Below, in pieces: positions 11,763 through 24,926 of a DNA stretch of 64,000 nucleotides; positions within the stretch are counted from its first letter, which is position 1, and each line of letters opens with the position of its first letter. The DNA is from Dimorphilus gyrociliatus. Taxonomy: Eukaryota; Animalia; Annelida. The translations under genes and the position numbers were made by a program. The notes under the pieces are model-generated. The model worked only from the letters and a program-made list of their open reading frames with translations. It was not told the DNA's origin and did no database searches. The stretch is taken from the NCBI GenBank assembly GCA_904063045.1, contig CAJFCJ010000027.1:558001-622000 (forward strand), given 5' to 3'.

Positions 11763-14004
11763 GATAATATTTTCAAACTATAGGCTTAATAAGATACCAA
11801 ATACGTCGATGATGTTAAATGTTAAAAATTACCTATAACTAATTTTAATGCGTTAAGAACTAAGAAGAGACAGTACAAAACGAAGAGGTAGAATTTTTAT
11901 TTATAGCCTATATGAACTGATAGAAAATCTATCATGCGTTTCTATTAAAACATGTAAAGATTATCTTAAGTAAAGAAGTATTTTTACACTCTTATAACTA
12001 TTTTGGAATTAGCATATTTATCTTGTACTTGTATTAATGTTATGCTTTTAAACAATCGACAAATTTTTCTCTTATATTTCAACTTGTTTTAGACTTATCC
12101 AAGTTTATCCAAATATTACAATAACTTGAAATATGGTATTGAAAATTTAAACGATCAAAATATAATATAAAACTTATCCTTCTTCTCTTCTTTCTTTTTC
12201 TTTTTAGGCTTATATAGACTTGTTACTCCCTTTGAATAGAATTTATTTTTATTTACAAAAGATTGCATTTGGTAAACTTGAATGATCAATCAGTTTTTAG
12301 TCTTTTTTCTCCCTTACCCCCCTCCTCCCTTCTCCCATCCCTCACTCTTTTTCTCTTTCTATCTTTTTCTCTCTTTTTTCTTTCTATCTCTAACAATTCC
12401 AACATCAAATGTCTGGAATTTATTGGCAATAAAACATTGTGGCAAGAGAGGAGAAAAGATCGAGTCATCGAACAGCTACGAGTACGAATTTTACTGCATC
12501 ATTTGTCTAGATAAAGTCTTCTATACATTTGAATAGAGCTATAAAAAATGTGCTTATTATTATTCATAATTTGACCTAATAACTAACCCAATAAATGTAA
12601 ATAACAATTCCAATATTGTTTATACATGTACTTAATAATCGATAAACGAAGAAAGAAAGAATAGAATAGAATATTAGAGTTAAGAAAGAAGCGACAATAG
12701 CTAAACAGATTCCATTTTTCTTTATACAAGTTTTTTTTTAAAATGTGCTTTGAGCCTAAATGATAAATTATTTGGATAAATGATCACAGAAGTTGATACC
12801 AGCTTAATAAATTGATGGCTGAAACAAGTTTTTCATATTTAAACAAAGGATAAAAAATACCTATATTGAAAAAGATGTTGTGTACAACAACACACTATAT
12901 GTACTTTATCATCAGCTGCTAAAATTTACTATATAACAATAAAAACACTAATTTATTGTTTGTATTTTTACCCTTTTATCAAGTTTTTCTTCCGTCAGGT
13001 GGGGCTATTAGTTATGAGAGCGCTATCTAACGGAATGTTAATGAATATTGTAAAATATTAGTACATATATTTTATTTTATTTTGCCTTCTGGACAACAGT
13101 CGCATTTGATGTATATTCATAGAATTCTAAAGAATTTGTCGCATAGTACAACTGACTAGTCATCAAAACTCGTTAATTGCTAGAATTTACAATAAAAGAT
13201 ATTAATATTTCAGAACTTAATTAATCCTTTTGGGATGTGCATCTTGCTTATTAGTAACTCATATACAACAGATACATATAAATTATCTGGCGACAAACAT
13301 CGATTAACGGATAATCAATATCTAAATGTCATAAAGTCAAATGTTTGCAAATCAGCAATTTTTCATTTCCTCGCCCTCCCACTATTTCTTTTTTACCTTT
13401 TATAACTTTTTTTTATTGTTAAACACCTCTTCACTCCGATAATACAGTACAACTAATTTGAATAAATTATCTAATTATCACTTTAATGACAAACTTGTCA
13501 AATATTAACGTAAAAGAATAATACAAAAGAAACACAAACGTGGTTGCTTTAAGTTTTACGCTTAAGACTCGGATCTTATCCTTTCATTTCAGACTCTTCT
13601 GTTCCCTTCTTTTTTTACTTTAATGCAAATACAGCTAATTTCTACAAATATATTACTCATATATCACTGTAATTGAATAGTTAATGCAATATTCAGTAAA
13701 TGTACTATGAATATTTATTAGTATATGTTAATATATGATCTTCTATAGCAGTTAAAACTTGATTATTTTTAGAAAACATGGGGGAAACTTGAAAAGAAAA
13801 TTAATCATTTACTAAATATCCTACTAATGTTAATTGTAATTCTTAGATAATCTATTTTAATATGGTCTAGAAGAATTTTTGCAAATGGCAACCGCATATA
13901 TAAGTAGTTGCTCTGTAAAAGGGCTCAAATACCGACAGAGAGACAGAGTAAAGAGAAAGGGAGCGAGAGTGAGTGAAAGAGAGAGAGAGAGACAGAGTGA
14001 CACA

Positions 14005-16336
14005 ATGCGTCCAACATTTCTAATACTCCTTTTCGTCGTCATTGTCGTATGTCAAACTTCCGCTTTCTATTTAAATGATAAAATAGCGAAAGTTGCCCAA
14101 TTAAGGAAAATCAGCCAAGAAAGCGATAAAGTAAGTTTTTCAATTTTTTTTTTTATAAAAAAAAAACATTTCCCAAACTATAAAAAGAAAAATACCGAAA
14201 TAGATACAGTAAAACAAAATACAAACATTTACATATATATATAAAGTGTATATATAATGTATATATATATATATATTTGTCTTATTTATTAAGTTCAATT
14301 TGTATTTATTACATAATAACTTAAATACTATATGATTTAATTAGTTATTTCATTTTTATGTTTTTGAAGATTTGATAAATAATAGTAATAATCTCTCTTA
14401 TGATAAGTAAACGTTTGGAAAATAGATATTATTTTTATATATATGTACTAAGCGTAAACTTTCCTTTATAGTAATTTATTTGTAAAGTCAATTTGTAAAT
14501 TCAATCTAAGAAATTTTAAAGCAAATTGTTTTCTTTTAAGAATGGAAAGTATGCTTAAAGAGATAAGGCAATAGTTCATTTTCAGATTTCTTAAGAAAGG
14601 CTTTTTAATGAAATTTTGATAAAAAAGAGAAATGAGAATGAAAGAGAGAGAGATAGCGATAGAGATAGAGGGATAAAGAGAAATTCAGAATAAACATTTA
14701 TTTGTTTTAAATGGAAAAATTAAAAGTATAGATCGTTTCTTTGAAAGCATTTTCACGGAAGAATAAGCTTAGCGGCAGATCTTTATGCGCCATTCGATCT
14801 GTCTCTATCAGGGTGTGCAAGATGGATGGATTTCGATCGAGGCAAAGCAAGGAACACATTTGCCTCTCTAGCTTTACGCATTGTCAAACTAGTTTGTTTG
14901 CTATCGTCCTTAATAATACGTTTTTTACTGTCATCCCTTTTTCTTTATGTATAATAAATTACAATTCTTTTATTTCTTTTCTTTTAGATGGGAAACGAAG
15001 CAGATGAGAACACAATTCGACCAGCAAGAACTAAAAGATAGTAAGTTTTGGCGAAACAAACTCTGTGTTTCATTCCTTTCAACATAAAAAATATTAAGTA
15101 AACCCGTAAATATTGTACAATCTCACGTAGAGAAAACAGAAGGAAAGAGCTCAATTAAGGTCCTGTTTACAAAATTCCAAAAGATCCGAGTCTTAACGTA
15201 TTCTTTTCCAACTAATAATTAATCAACTGGTTTTATATTACACTACTTTATGCTTCTTTGTTATAATAATCATCCAGTTAGATATTGTTGACAAGCTTCT
15301 TTTCATTGATAGCGATAACTGATTAATATTTACAGTAATTACTATTTATACATCAAATTAAAGGGTATTTATCCAATATTCATTTTTCTTTGTTGAAGAT
15401 ACGTCTCTTCGTAAATCTTTCTTTTAATTTAACATTCATCTTCCTCAATTAAAGTCATGATGAATAGATAGTTAGGGAAAAGAGAAAGAGAGACGCGTGG
15501 GGAATAAGAGAGGAAAATAGTAAAAAGAAATTAACTGTTTGTACCTCACTAGGAAAAAAAGAGTAGGAGTAGGAGAGAGAGAGGAAGGTAAGAAGGAGAA
15601 GAATTGTCAACTCCAAGTCTATTCAAGTTTAGTAACTCAACTACGTCTATATATCTCTCTCTGTGAGTCTGTCTTTAGTTAATAATATAACTAAAACTAT
15701 AATAGATATAAAGGAAATACACTATATCTTTTTATCTTTAAACAAGTAAATCACATTTTTTTTCTCAATAAACTTTATAAACTACAGCGTGTCGGAATAA
15801 ATCCTTTACAATTCCATTTGACAAGTTACGGCGATAGTTTTAGGAAACCTTTTAAAACTAGAGTATATTACTAAAAGAATTGAAAATCGTAGTAGATATT
15901 CTTTTAAGCAGAAAATACTAATCTAATAAATATTCAAATTGAAAAAATAAAGAGTAGAAGGAGAGGATAGTTTAGTTAAGTTATACTAGAAATAATATAT
16001 AATTGGAAGGGTAAAGGAATGAGAATACAGTATATAGACGATAGATAATATTGAGGAGACAATTATAAATTGGAAACGAAACTTTAAATAGCCTTATAGA
16101 CACTTAGTTTTCTTTACAATGCACACTTCTGGTAAAGTACATAGAGATTTTAAAATTTCTAATAAAAATACATACTATCTAACGTTAGCAAATGGTATTT
16201 TCTAATTCTCTTCTCGAAATTCCCTTACAGCACGCAATTTCAGGAAAGGGCTTCGTCGTTCTGCACAGGACTCTGTATGTACCACGAAATGCGTACTTAT
16301 AGCGATTGCTTCGATCAGTGTAGTTACTTATTTTAA
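14005..16336 (+). CDS. QERAS: QERAS-family proneuropeptide (secreted, 4-Cys mature peptide), 3 coding exons, ~94 aa
   Basis: Exons 14005-14130 (GTAAGT donor, phase 0), 14988-15040 (GTAAGT donor, phase 2) and 16231-~16336. Spliced product: signal peptide MRPTFLILLFVVIVVCQTSA, acidic spacer, KR cleavage site, then YTQFQERASSFCTGLCMYHEMRTYSDCFDQC. The QERAS motif names an annelid proneuropeptide family described in Platynereis. The 3' end is provisional because a fourth exon is possible. Confidence 0.85.
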
Positions 16337-16839
16337 ATCTTTTTTGTGTTATTTATCTATGATCTGTATTGTTTTATTAGGCTAGTCACGTGTTTCTTTA
16401 AATAAATTAAAACCTGTCGAGTTTAGACGAAATTTCCTATCGCAAAGCGACTGCTGATCCGCGAAAAAGCAATTAATTTGTCTCTAGTTGAGTATTTTTG
16501 TCACTGAATGATAATGATGAAAGTAAGGCAAGGCCATTCTATTGCTTTATATCAAGCTTTTATCCTCTTTAAGAAAATTCTTCTCTTTTTGGGTTAGATA
16601 CGGCTGAAATGACAAAAAGAAACACTCTTTGCTTTCTTTAACATTATTCATTAAATCTGATTTTATTTTATCTAATTGTAACGCTTTCCGTTTATCTCTT
16701 TCCAAAAGCTACTTTACAACAGATAATGTGTCCCTCAACACAATATGCCTTTCCATTATGAATAAACGGCCCTTATCTATTCAAACTAAACTGCGCAAGA
16801 AATCCCTAATCCGCATTAGGAAATACTATCGATCGACAT

Positions 16840-16851
16840 CGCCATCTACTG
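16840..16851 (+). promoter_or_regulatory. CTCF-like motif CGCCATCTACTG
   Basis: Matches the reverse complement of the protostome CTCF core (AGATGGCG) and recurs across the window. Confidence 0.45.
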
Positions 16852-19800
16852 TCTGTCAAGCGTATTACTTGGAGCAAAAATACTATGGTGTTTATTGCAG
16901 TAGGTATATAAACAAACTGGAAAATTTATATATAAAGACAAAAACTAAAAACTATGATTTCAATTAAAATGTTTTAGTTGGCGTCAATGACTTTATAAAG
17001 GATATTTTTGTTTAAAGATAAGAAGAATTCCGCTCATGCGTCAACTTGAAGCGTCACTATACCGAAATAACTCGGTAAACAACCCATACATTAATCAATA
17101 TACTAACTTTCCTCTATGAAACTTGAAAGAAAAATATCAAATACTACAACAATAAAGCTTGGACAGTTTATAGGTATTTCCATGGAAATTTCTTTAGGGT
17201 TAAGGGGGAAGCTAGATCTAACAAAAGGCGACACAAGCCGGAATTCTACCTAAAAGGCAGTTCTTGCATGTAAATTGTAGGATTTCTTAAAGAATTCTCC
17301 AATAAATTGCCGATAGAATGTTCCTTCGTTAGCTTTCATTCCATGTCTAGCGAATTTCTTTCATCAAAAGAGATATTGGAAACATATATGATACTTGTAC
17401 TATATCTAAAGAGTATGTTAACAGTTTCTATATTTAATATTTTCAAAGATGCTCAAACGCTTTAATTATTTATGAAAGAAGAATTAAATTAAACCTCCAT
17501 ATGAGAAAAAAAATCAAATTTTTAACCTTTCGAATAGAGAAGGAAGGGGAAAAAGATAGAATGAATAGGAAACCTGATTATAAGATATCTCTCTTTCTCT
17601 CTATACATATATATATACAATATGCATATATATTTTATCCTGCTAAATGTCCTTCACCTCCTTTCTTCTCCTCCCCCTCATACTCTACCACCTTTACTCG
17701 TAGTCATAAAATTCTCTCAGTACGCTTTCTTTCTTGTTATTCTTATTACGTCTCTATAATCATAGTCAAATAAGAATTTAATATTAATAATCAGTAGCTA
17801 CCAGTCAACAATTACTAACAAATTGAAAGATGTAAATCTTAGAATATAAAAAAATTACCCCTGATCATGAATATATTTTTCTTTTCAGGTCATAATTTTT
17901 CCTGTAAATTATAGATGTGTTCTTGCTGAATTTATTAATTTTCCAGGTCTTTTACTAATTTTGAAATGAGTTGTTAAATGCATTTCCTAGAACAAGTGAC
18001 CAAAAAAATATAGGATATTTAAAAGGAAGAAGGACAAGAAGAAGAGGAAGAGGCCGTTAAAACATATTTCCTCAACGTCCTTTTTAATAGCGATCATTCT
18101 TTTAAAAAAAAAACACTTAACCATTAATGGCCAAGTTACTAAATGAAAATAAAGACGACAAGCTTTAAAAGGGAGGGAGGGGGAGGGAAAGAAAACTATC
18201 TTATCTTCAATTTTTAGCTTGCCCAATCGTAAGTGTAAAAATTTTGAATAAGTTCTATCACGAAATTGGTCATTTTATATCCTTTTAGGAAATTAGTTTA
18301 ACGATTTCGTGTTCATATTCAATTGATTTTTAACCGTCCAATTTTTCGTTACATTGAGAAGAAACTATAAAGAAAGTACGGTAACTCTTTTTTCTCTCTC
18401 TTCTTCTTCTCCCCTCCTTCCACCTCTATTTTATTATTACGTGGAACAATTGTTAATCAATGCCCTTCATAATATTCGATGAATATCGATGTTATATATA
18501 GTATTTAACATAAAACGAAACAGATATGTATCTTGTGGTTAACTCGTTTTCGCTTTGTATTTTAATTAAACGAAAAATCCTTCAAGATTGAAGGAAAAAG
18601 TTGCCGATGTAAGCATTTTTGGGCAATTTTCTTCTCGATTTCATTGTGCAAAAGAAAAGGAAACAATGGTGTCTCTAATAATTATCTTTTATTCTCTGAC
18701 TATTGTATATTTAAATTATACCTTTTTTACGTATTCTTTTACAAATCATCTTCCACTGTTCTGCTTAAGTAAAAATGAGAGAATGACGTTTATTTAAAGA
18801 AAATATACCACCCTTAAAAAACCTATAATCGCACAGATAACAATCTATTTATAAATATAACGTTTCTTTATTTTTCTTTAATTATTATATGCTGTATTGA
18901 AAGAAACAAGTTAATGAAAATAACAAACAACAAAGAGGAAAGAAAGAGAAACAAAAGTTAAACGTTTACATAGGATCGTTTTCGTTTTAGTTTGTGTTCT
19001 TTTGGTCTCAAGTAGATAGTCTTAATTTTAGATGAAGCTTCCCTAAACTCGACGTTTCGGTATTAATGAATTCGTGCAGTAGAAGAAATTAAACGAGGTT
19101 TTTTTTTAATTAAGTCGAAATGGCCTAATTTAAAGACAAATTTTTTTCAGAAGTAAATTCTATCAGTCTCTCTTTCAGTATACAAAAACTCTAGGTGCAT
19201 AAATAAAACTGGTTATAATTATAAATAATTCAAACATATTTCAAATTTTTCATCCACAAATCAGTCTTTCTCCTTCTTCCTTTTAACTAAAGATAAAGAT
19301 GAAATGGAAAATATAGCCTACAAGAATTTTTAAAAATGATTAAAAGCAAACAAAAGGTATATCGGAGTATGATAAATACACATGCAAATATATTTATACA
19401 TACATATATATATATATATGTATCCATTACAGATTAAAGATTTACTGTACACGATATAACGTTAAAATATTGATATATTACTTCTGGTATATTGGATACC
19501 TTATTCATTATAAATATAAGATAGGAAAATACCTGGTGTGTAACAGTCAATATAATATTTTATATATATGGTTATAGGAGAAAAAACAACTAAACATAGT
19601 AAGTTTAACTAGAACTCTACAAGAGTCTTTGTGGCGAACACTTAAAAGAAGTTGCAAAGTAAAAACTTCGTTTTACTTTCCTATTGATAAATAAAACTTT
19701 GAAAAAAAAAAGTTTTTTTATTAATTAATAGAAGGTAAAGAGTGTGTAGAGTACACGTACTCATGCAGAAAAAATTCATATATCATCCAAACAGAACAAT

Positions 19801-21000
19801 GGAGAGGAAAAGTATAATTAGACTACAAGAAAAAAAAGGTAATGAGGAAGGTTTTCTAATATTACTTACTATACAAAAAAATAATATACTTTTTCAATTA
19901 AATCCTTTCTTTAAACGTTGATCAAGTTAATCTCAAAAAATAAGAATATAAGAGAGAAGTGATTATCTCTCCAAAATGTGTATATCATACATTTGATAAT
20001 ATATTCAGTTAGGTTTATATATCAAGTCAAAATTATTGGATAAGCATTAAAACATAGGGAAATAGTCAGACGAACGAAAGCTGACAAATGTAAATTCTAG
20101 CTATTTCTATTATATAGGCCTAATAATATAGGATCCTGCAAACGGAAAGAAGATGTTAATAGCCAGTATCTTACCTATGAAGGGAAAAAAATTGAATTTA
20201 TTTCAACTGATTTCATTAAAAGGATAATTTTTAAAAAAAATTACAACTTCTTAGTTCCAAAGGTTAAGAGACTATATAGAAATCCATTGGATAAGTGAAG
20301 TTAATTAAAATCTATTATATGATCTAATTGGTGAGAGACAGAGAGATAGTGAAGGCGAAAGAATAAGTGCGGAGGGTATAATGAAAAAGGTATATATAGC
20401 ATAGCAGACAGAAAGAAAGGCACAAAGAGAGAATGGAAAATCTGAAATATAGCCTTAGAGATTAAAAAAAAGCTGTATATATATATCGCTGCAATTCATA
20501 TATTCTTGTTAAGTGTGTAAAAGAAAAATAATCGGATTAAAGGGGACAACAGAAAAGTTAATAAAATGAACAACATGGGATTTATCATAGTAATAATAAA
20601 GCTGAAGAGTTTGATGAGTAGTTTTATAGACCAATTAGTCAAAACGTTTCTGGTAAATTTACAAGGTATCGAGACATGTATATAGTAAGAAAGTATATAT
20701 ATATATATATTTTATATCAATTCAATCCAGTGGAAGAAAATCTAAATAGAATAAGTGAAGGAATATGATACTCAATGGTTGGAAAGAAGCCTACAGATAT
20801 ATTTGTAGTCGGTTGAAAGGGAATCTATCTTTATCCTCAACAATTGCCTTTTCCCTAATATTGCATAAATATATGTTAATAATAATTTATGAAAACCTTT
20901 TTATCTGGGGTGCCTGTCAGCAAAAGAATATGAACAAACTGATATTCTATGTGATACAACTGTCTATTCTAATTATATTAAGCATGGTTGGCTTTTTCAG

Positions 21001-21385
21001 AATGTATACTTCATCACTGAAAAAGAAACCTAGCTCATCGATAACACTATATAATAGTAGGATGCTCGAGAAAACCTGAATGGAAGATATAAGGTAACTT
21101 AATTTCTATTGAAGGTTTTTAAGTAGAAGCATTTTTTAAGTGTTATATAATATACATTTGAAACAGGAAAGGAACTTTTTACTATAAATTCTTATCAATG
21201 TTTAAATATTACCTCTGCCCTAAACTCTACTTCCTCCTCCTTTATTCATAATTTATCTCACTATAGTTACTTTTTAACAACAACGATTTCCTTTTCTATA
21301 CAATTATAAAAAGTTTTAGTGTAATATTTTCAGCTAGAGTATTGGCAGCAATTGGATTTCGTCGTAAGGATAGTGACAAATCGAG
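21001..21385 (+). other. Two candidate spliced exons (21001-21093 and 21334-21385), probably non-coding 5' UTR of the downstream GPCR or a lncRNA
   Basis: Strong acceptors (GGCTTTTTCAG, TATTTTCAG) and donors (AAG|GTAACT, GAG|GTAAGA). The first exon has stops in all three frames. Confidence 0.4.
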
Positions 21386-23561
21386 GTAAGAAGATTTACT
21401 TTGGATAGAAGAGGAATAAAGGGGAAAGGGGGAAAGATTGGGAAGGGATTATACTATTTTATGTGTATTTAGTATATAGTATATATCTAATATAAATATA
21501 TAAATATATGTATTAGAGAAATATTAAAGTATTATGAATTGAAACGTTTAAATGACAAACAAACACCCCAAAACATCATAAAGATGAGCAGATATCACAA
21601 ATTTGTAGTATTTTTTTTGCCCCTGCCAACACCAATTTATCAGACCATACGGCTAACGCAATAAAAAAAAACTACAAACAAATTTTCCCTTTGTCCTATA
21701 GATTGATGAATTTCTTAGAAAATACCAGACATTGCCTAACAGGAAGTTCTTATTTAAAGATCCTTTCTTGATACCTTAGCTTTTGTTTTACTCTCTTCTC
21801 GCTCTCAATCTTAATCTCTTCTTTTCACTTAACATTCTTCCGAATATCTTTATTCTTTCTCTTTCTCCTCTTTTCATAACGAAAAGCTTCTTAATCTTTA
21901 GAAGACACGAAATCAAACATAAGAGAAAAAATCTTTTGTTGTTAAGGACAGAAAAAATAGCGTGCTTGTAAAAAGAAATCGTTCATTTTAAAGGTTCATA
22001 TTGCTGATAATTAACTTATTATTATGATAAATATCATGAAGAAAACGAATTAATGTATTTGTATAATTATTAAACTGATAGAGAATAATATGGAAAAGAA
22101 TTCATATAGCACAAAGAAGGAATTATAGTATCAATATTATTAGCTCAACTAAATAGTGTTGAGTGTTACGTATTTATGGATAAACCTTTCATTTTTATCA
22201 ATATTAGTAATACTATATAAAAAATGAATATTATGTAGGTGCATTACTATAAGTTAATATTTATATGTATACTTGTATATATGTACAGTATATAGTATCC
22301 TGTATATACAAATATTTATAATATAACTGACTAAGGAATAAAAGCATGTAAAATAGAAATCACCAATGAAATAGAAGGGAAGATTAAAAATGAATCGAAA
22401 TTTTTACTTTACAATGTAATTTATAAAAGTAAATAAGATAGAAATCAGTAAGTAGAAGAATCAATAGAATGTTATTCTGCTTTGAGCTTAGCAAGATTTT
22501 TTTTCGGGTAAAAAATGTCTGGTTTGTTTGTGTACTTGTCTACATCTAGTTGAACCAAGAATGAAAGATCAGTTAGTGATTTTTGCCAGTTAAAAGAGCT
22601 ATATATATATAGCTATATATACTGTATATATAGGAACTCATTACTTTTTAAATGTGTATGAGTAAATACTTATGTATATAAGTAGATGTACTATTTATAT
22701 GTTTACTATATAACGCTGTATATCGATTGTAGGTTCGTTTGTATTTTTATACGTATAAGTGGAGTTAATTCAATGTTTACACTTGTGTGAAACGTGTATG
22801 CTTATACCGACTTAGTTGACTATGATGATTGATTTCTTTTGAAAAAGTAACATTTCAAGATTAGATAAAAAGCTGCTTAAGTATATTTATATTATTAAAT
22901 ATTAAAGAATCTGGGGAGGAGAAAAAAAATAGAGAAAGAGAGAGAGAGAGCGACAGGCAGACAGACAGACGAACAGAAAGATAGAGAGAGAGGATATAAA
23001 CAAGTGAATGATGTGATAAAGAGCAAAATAAAAGAGAATAAAGGGCGAAGAGATAGAGGAGAGATAAAGAAATAAATAAAGAAAATTAAGAGAAAATAAC
23101 ACATTTAAACCATTTATAATAACTTTGCTTCTTCTTTTTCTATGCTTCTATTTCCTTTAAACTTGATTCTCCTTTATACAGCATAAAAGGCATTTTCATA
23201 AGAAATGACTCATTACTACATACTGTGTTAATTGTTCTCCAAAAAGGAAATATGCCATAAAGATATTGCATTTCAAACGATAATTTAACCTGCCCTAATA
23301 AGATATCCTAAAGCATTTTAAAGATTTTAAAGCTCGTATTAATATTTTGAAGAACTTTTACATCTAAGAAGTCTTCTTTTTCTTGTCTCTATTACTCTTT
23401 CTATAATTTTTTTGTTAAAAGGGATGACTTCTCCTTTCAGGGATCACTTTCACTATATTAAGACAATAAATATAAGAATAAATTTGATACTAAGAAAATT
23501 TTTGAATAAGTAATGGCAACCTTAAATAAAGTGTTAGAAGAGTGTATTAATAGGAGAGGAA

Positions 23562-23568
<7 letters not shown>

Positions 23569-23595
<27 letters not shown>
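23569..23595. repeat. (AG)n microsatellite
   Basis: Direct dinucleotide run. Confidence 0.9.
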
Positions 23596-23597
<2 letters not shown>

Positions 23598-24926
23598 CTG
23601 ACTACGTTGGGACTAAGAATTAACAGTGAAAAATGAAACAAGAGAAAACGTAAAAATTTTTAAGTGATTTCGTATCAAGTAGCCTTATCGATCGATATAA
23701 GTAGAATTTTGGATGAACCGTAATATCATAATAAGGCTGAAGAAACGCTGAGAATATATTAACCAAATATATTTTGTGTTATATAGAATATATATATATA
23801 TAATATGTCCTCTACACATTTGTTCGGCGAAACATAAAAACGACTAAATAGATGAAAGGCATAATAGAAAAAAAATTATAAATAGCCGGAAAGCGGCAAT
23901 AGTGCTGGATTTTTCTATTGTCTGACGTGACGTAACAACTCAACAGCCATAGTTGGCCTTTTCAACTAAATTGTAAAAATGAAAAATATGTATAGATAGT
24001 TTCCAATGATGGAACAAAGTTGCAATCCTATTTATGGCGTTGTTACCGAAAAGAGACAGACGATATATAGACGTGTACTGTGAACACTGTGGAATCTTTA
24101 TTGTTATTTAAATGGGTTACGGTAGAAATCTTTATCTCTCTGACTCCGTAAACATTCGTATCCAATCGGGTTTACCGTATAACCTTATGCAAATTTAGAT
24201 AATTGAATAAACCTATAGCTAAAGCAAACTTCCAGTAGGTGACGCTGTTCAATGTAAATTTGTCCACCTGCTATGTAGATTAAGTGCGTGGGTTGTTTGT
24301 CCTATGAACGATCGACCTATATATTTTTTTTTTCTACAGAAGAAAACTTTTCCTTAGCTGTTACTTTCTCTTTCAAGATTGTAGGTATAAAGGATTGAAA
24401 GAACAGATGCAGTTTCCTTTCTTTAACCTTAAAATTGTTGAAAAATTAGTCACGTTTATTTAATAATATTCTGTCACAGATTTCTATTAAGGTATTAAAT
24501 GGTAAGAAATTGCAAAATTATATTCGGATATAGGAAGGTCTGGCTGAGAAGACCAATTTCATGAATAAAATAAATAAATTGTCGTCCAAGCCACGTCTTT
24601 TTTATTGATCCAATCGGTCTGCTTGTATAACTACTGCAGCTCTCATTAGATCCTCTTTTTATTTCAACCAAATAAACTATAATATTCACAACCTCTGCTT
24701 TGTCTACTTATATAATCACCTATTTATCGTTACTTTCATTTCTTACAGGAAGTAGTAAATGTATATTTGTTATGATTAATAGCCTTATATTGAGAGTCTG
24801 GCTAAAAAAGCATTTCACCTTTATCCCTAGAATAAGCAATTAGATTAGGCCTATAGCGCGCGCGTCATATCGATTCGCGTTTTGCAGTCGCTATCGGGAA
24901 TTTGTGCGGGCAACGGTAAAGAGCGG

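Noticed and set aside
20765-21079. 104-aa ORF upstream of the GPCR
   Set aside because: No recognisable domain, AT-biased composition, and overlap with what looks like a non-coding exon. Kept only as possible UTR.
22895-23104. Hydrophobic F/L/S-rich or R/E-rich ORFs (22895-23104, 28643-28974, 31090-31375, 31798-32055, 34510-34816, 37391-37585, 39969-40169 and similar)
   Set aside because: They are translations of CT/GA/TA microsatellites and pyrimidine tracts, not real TM proteins.
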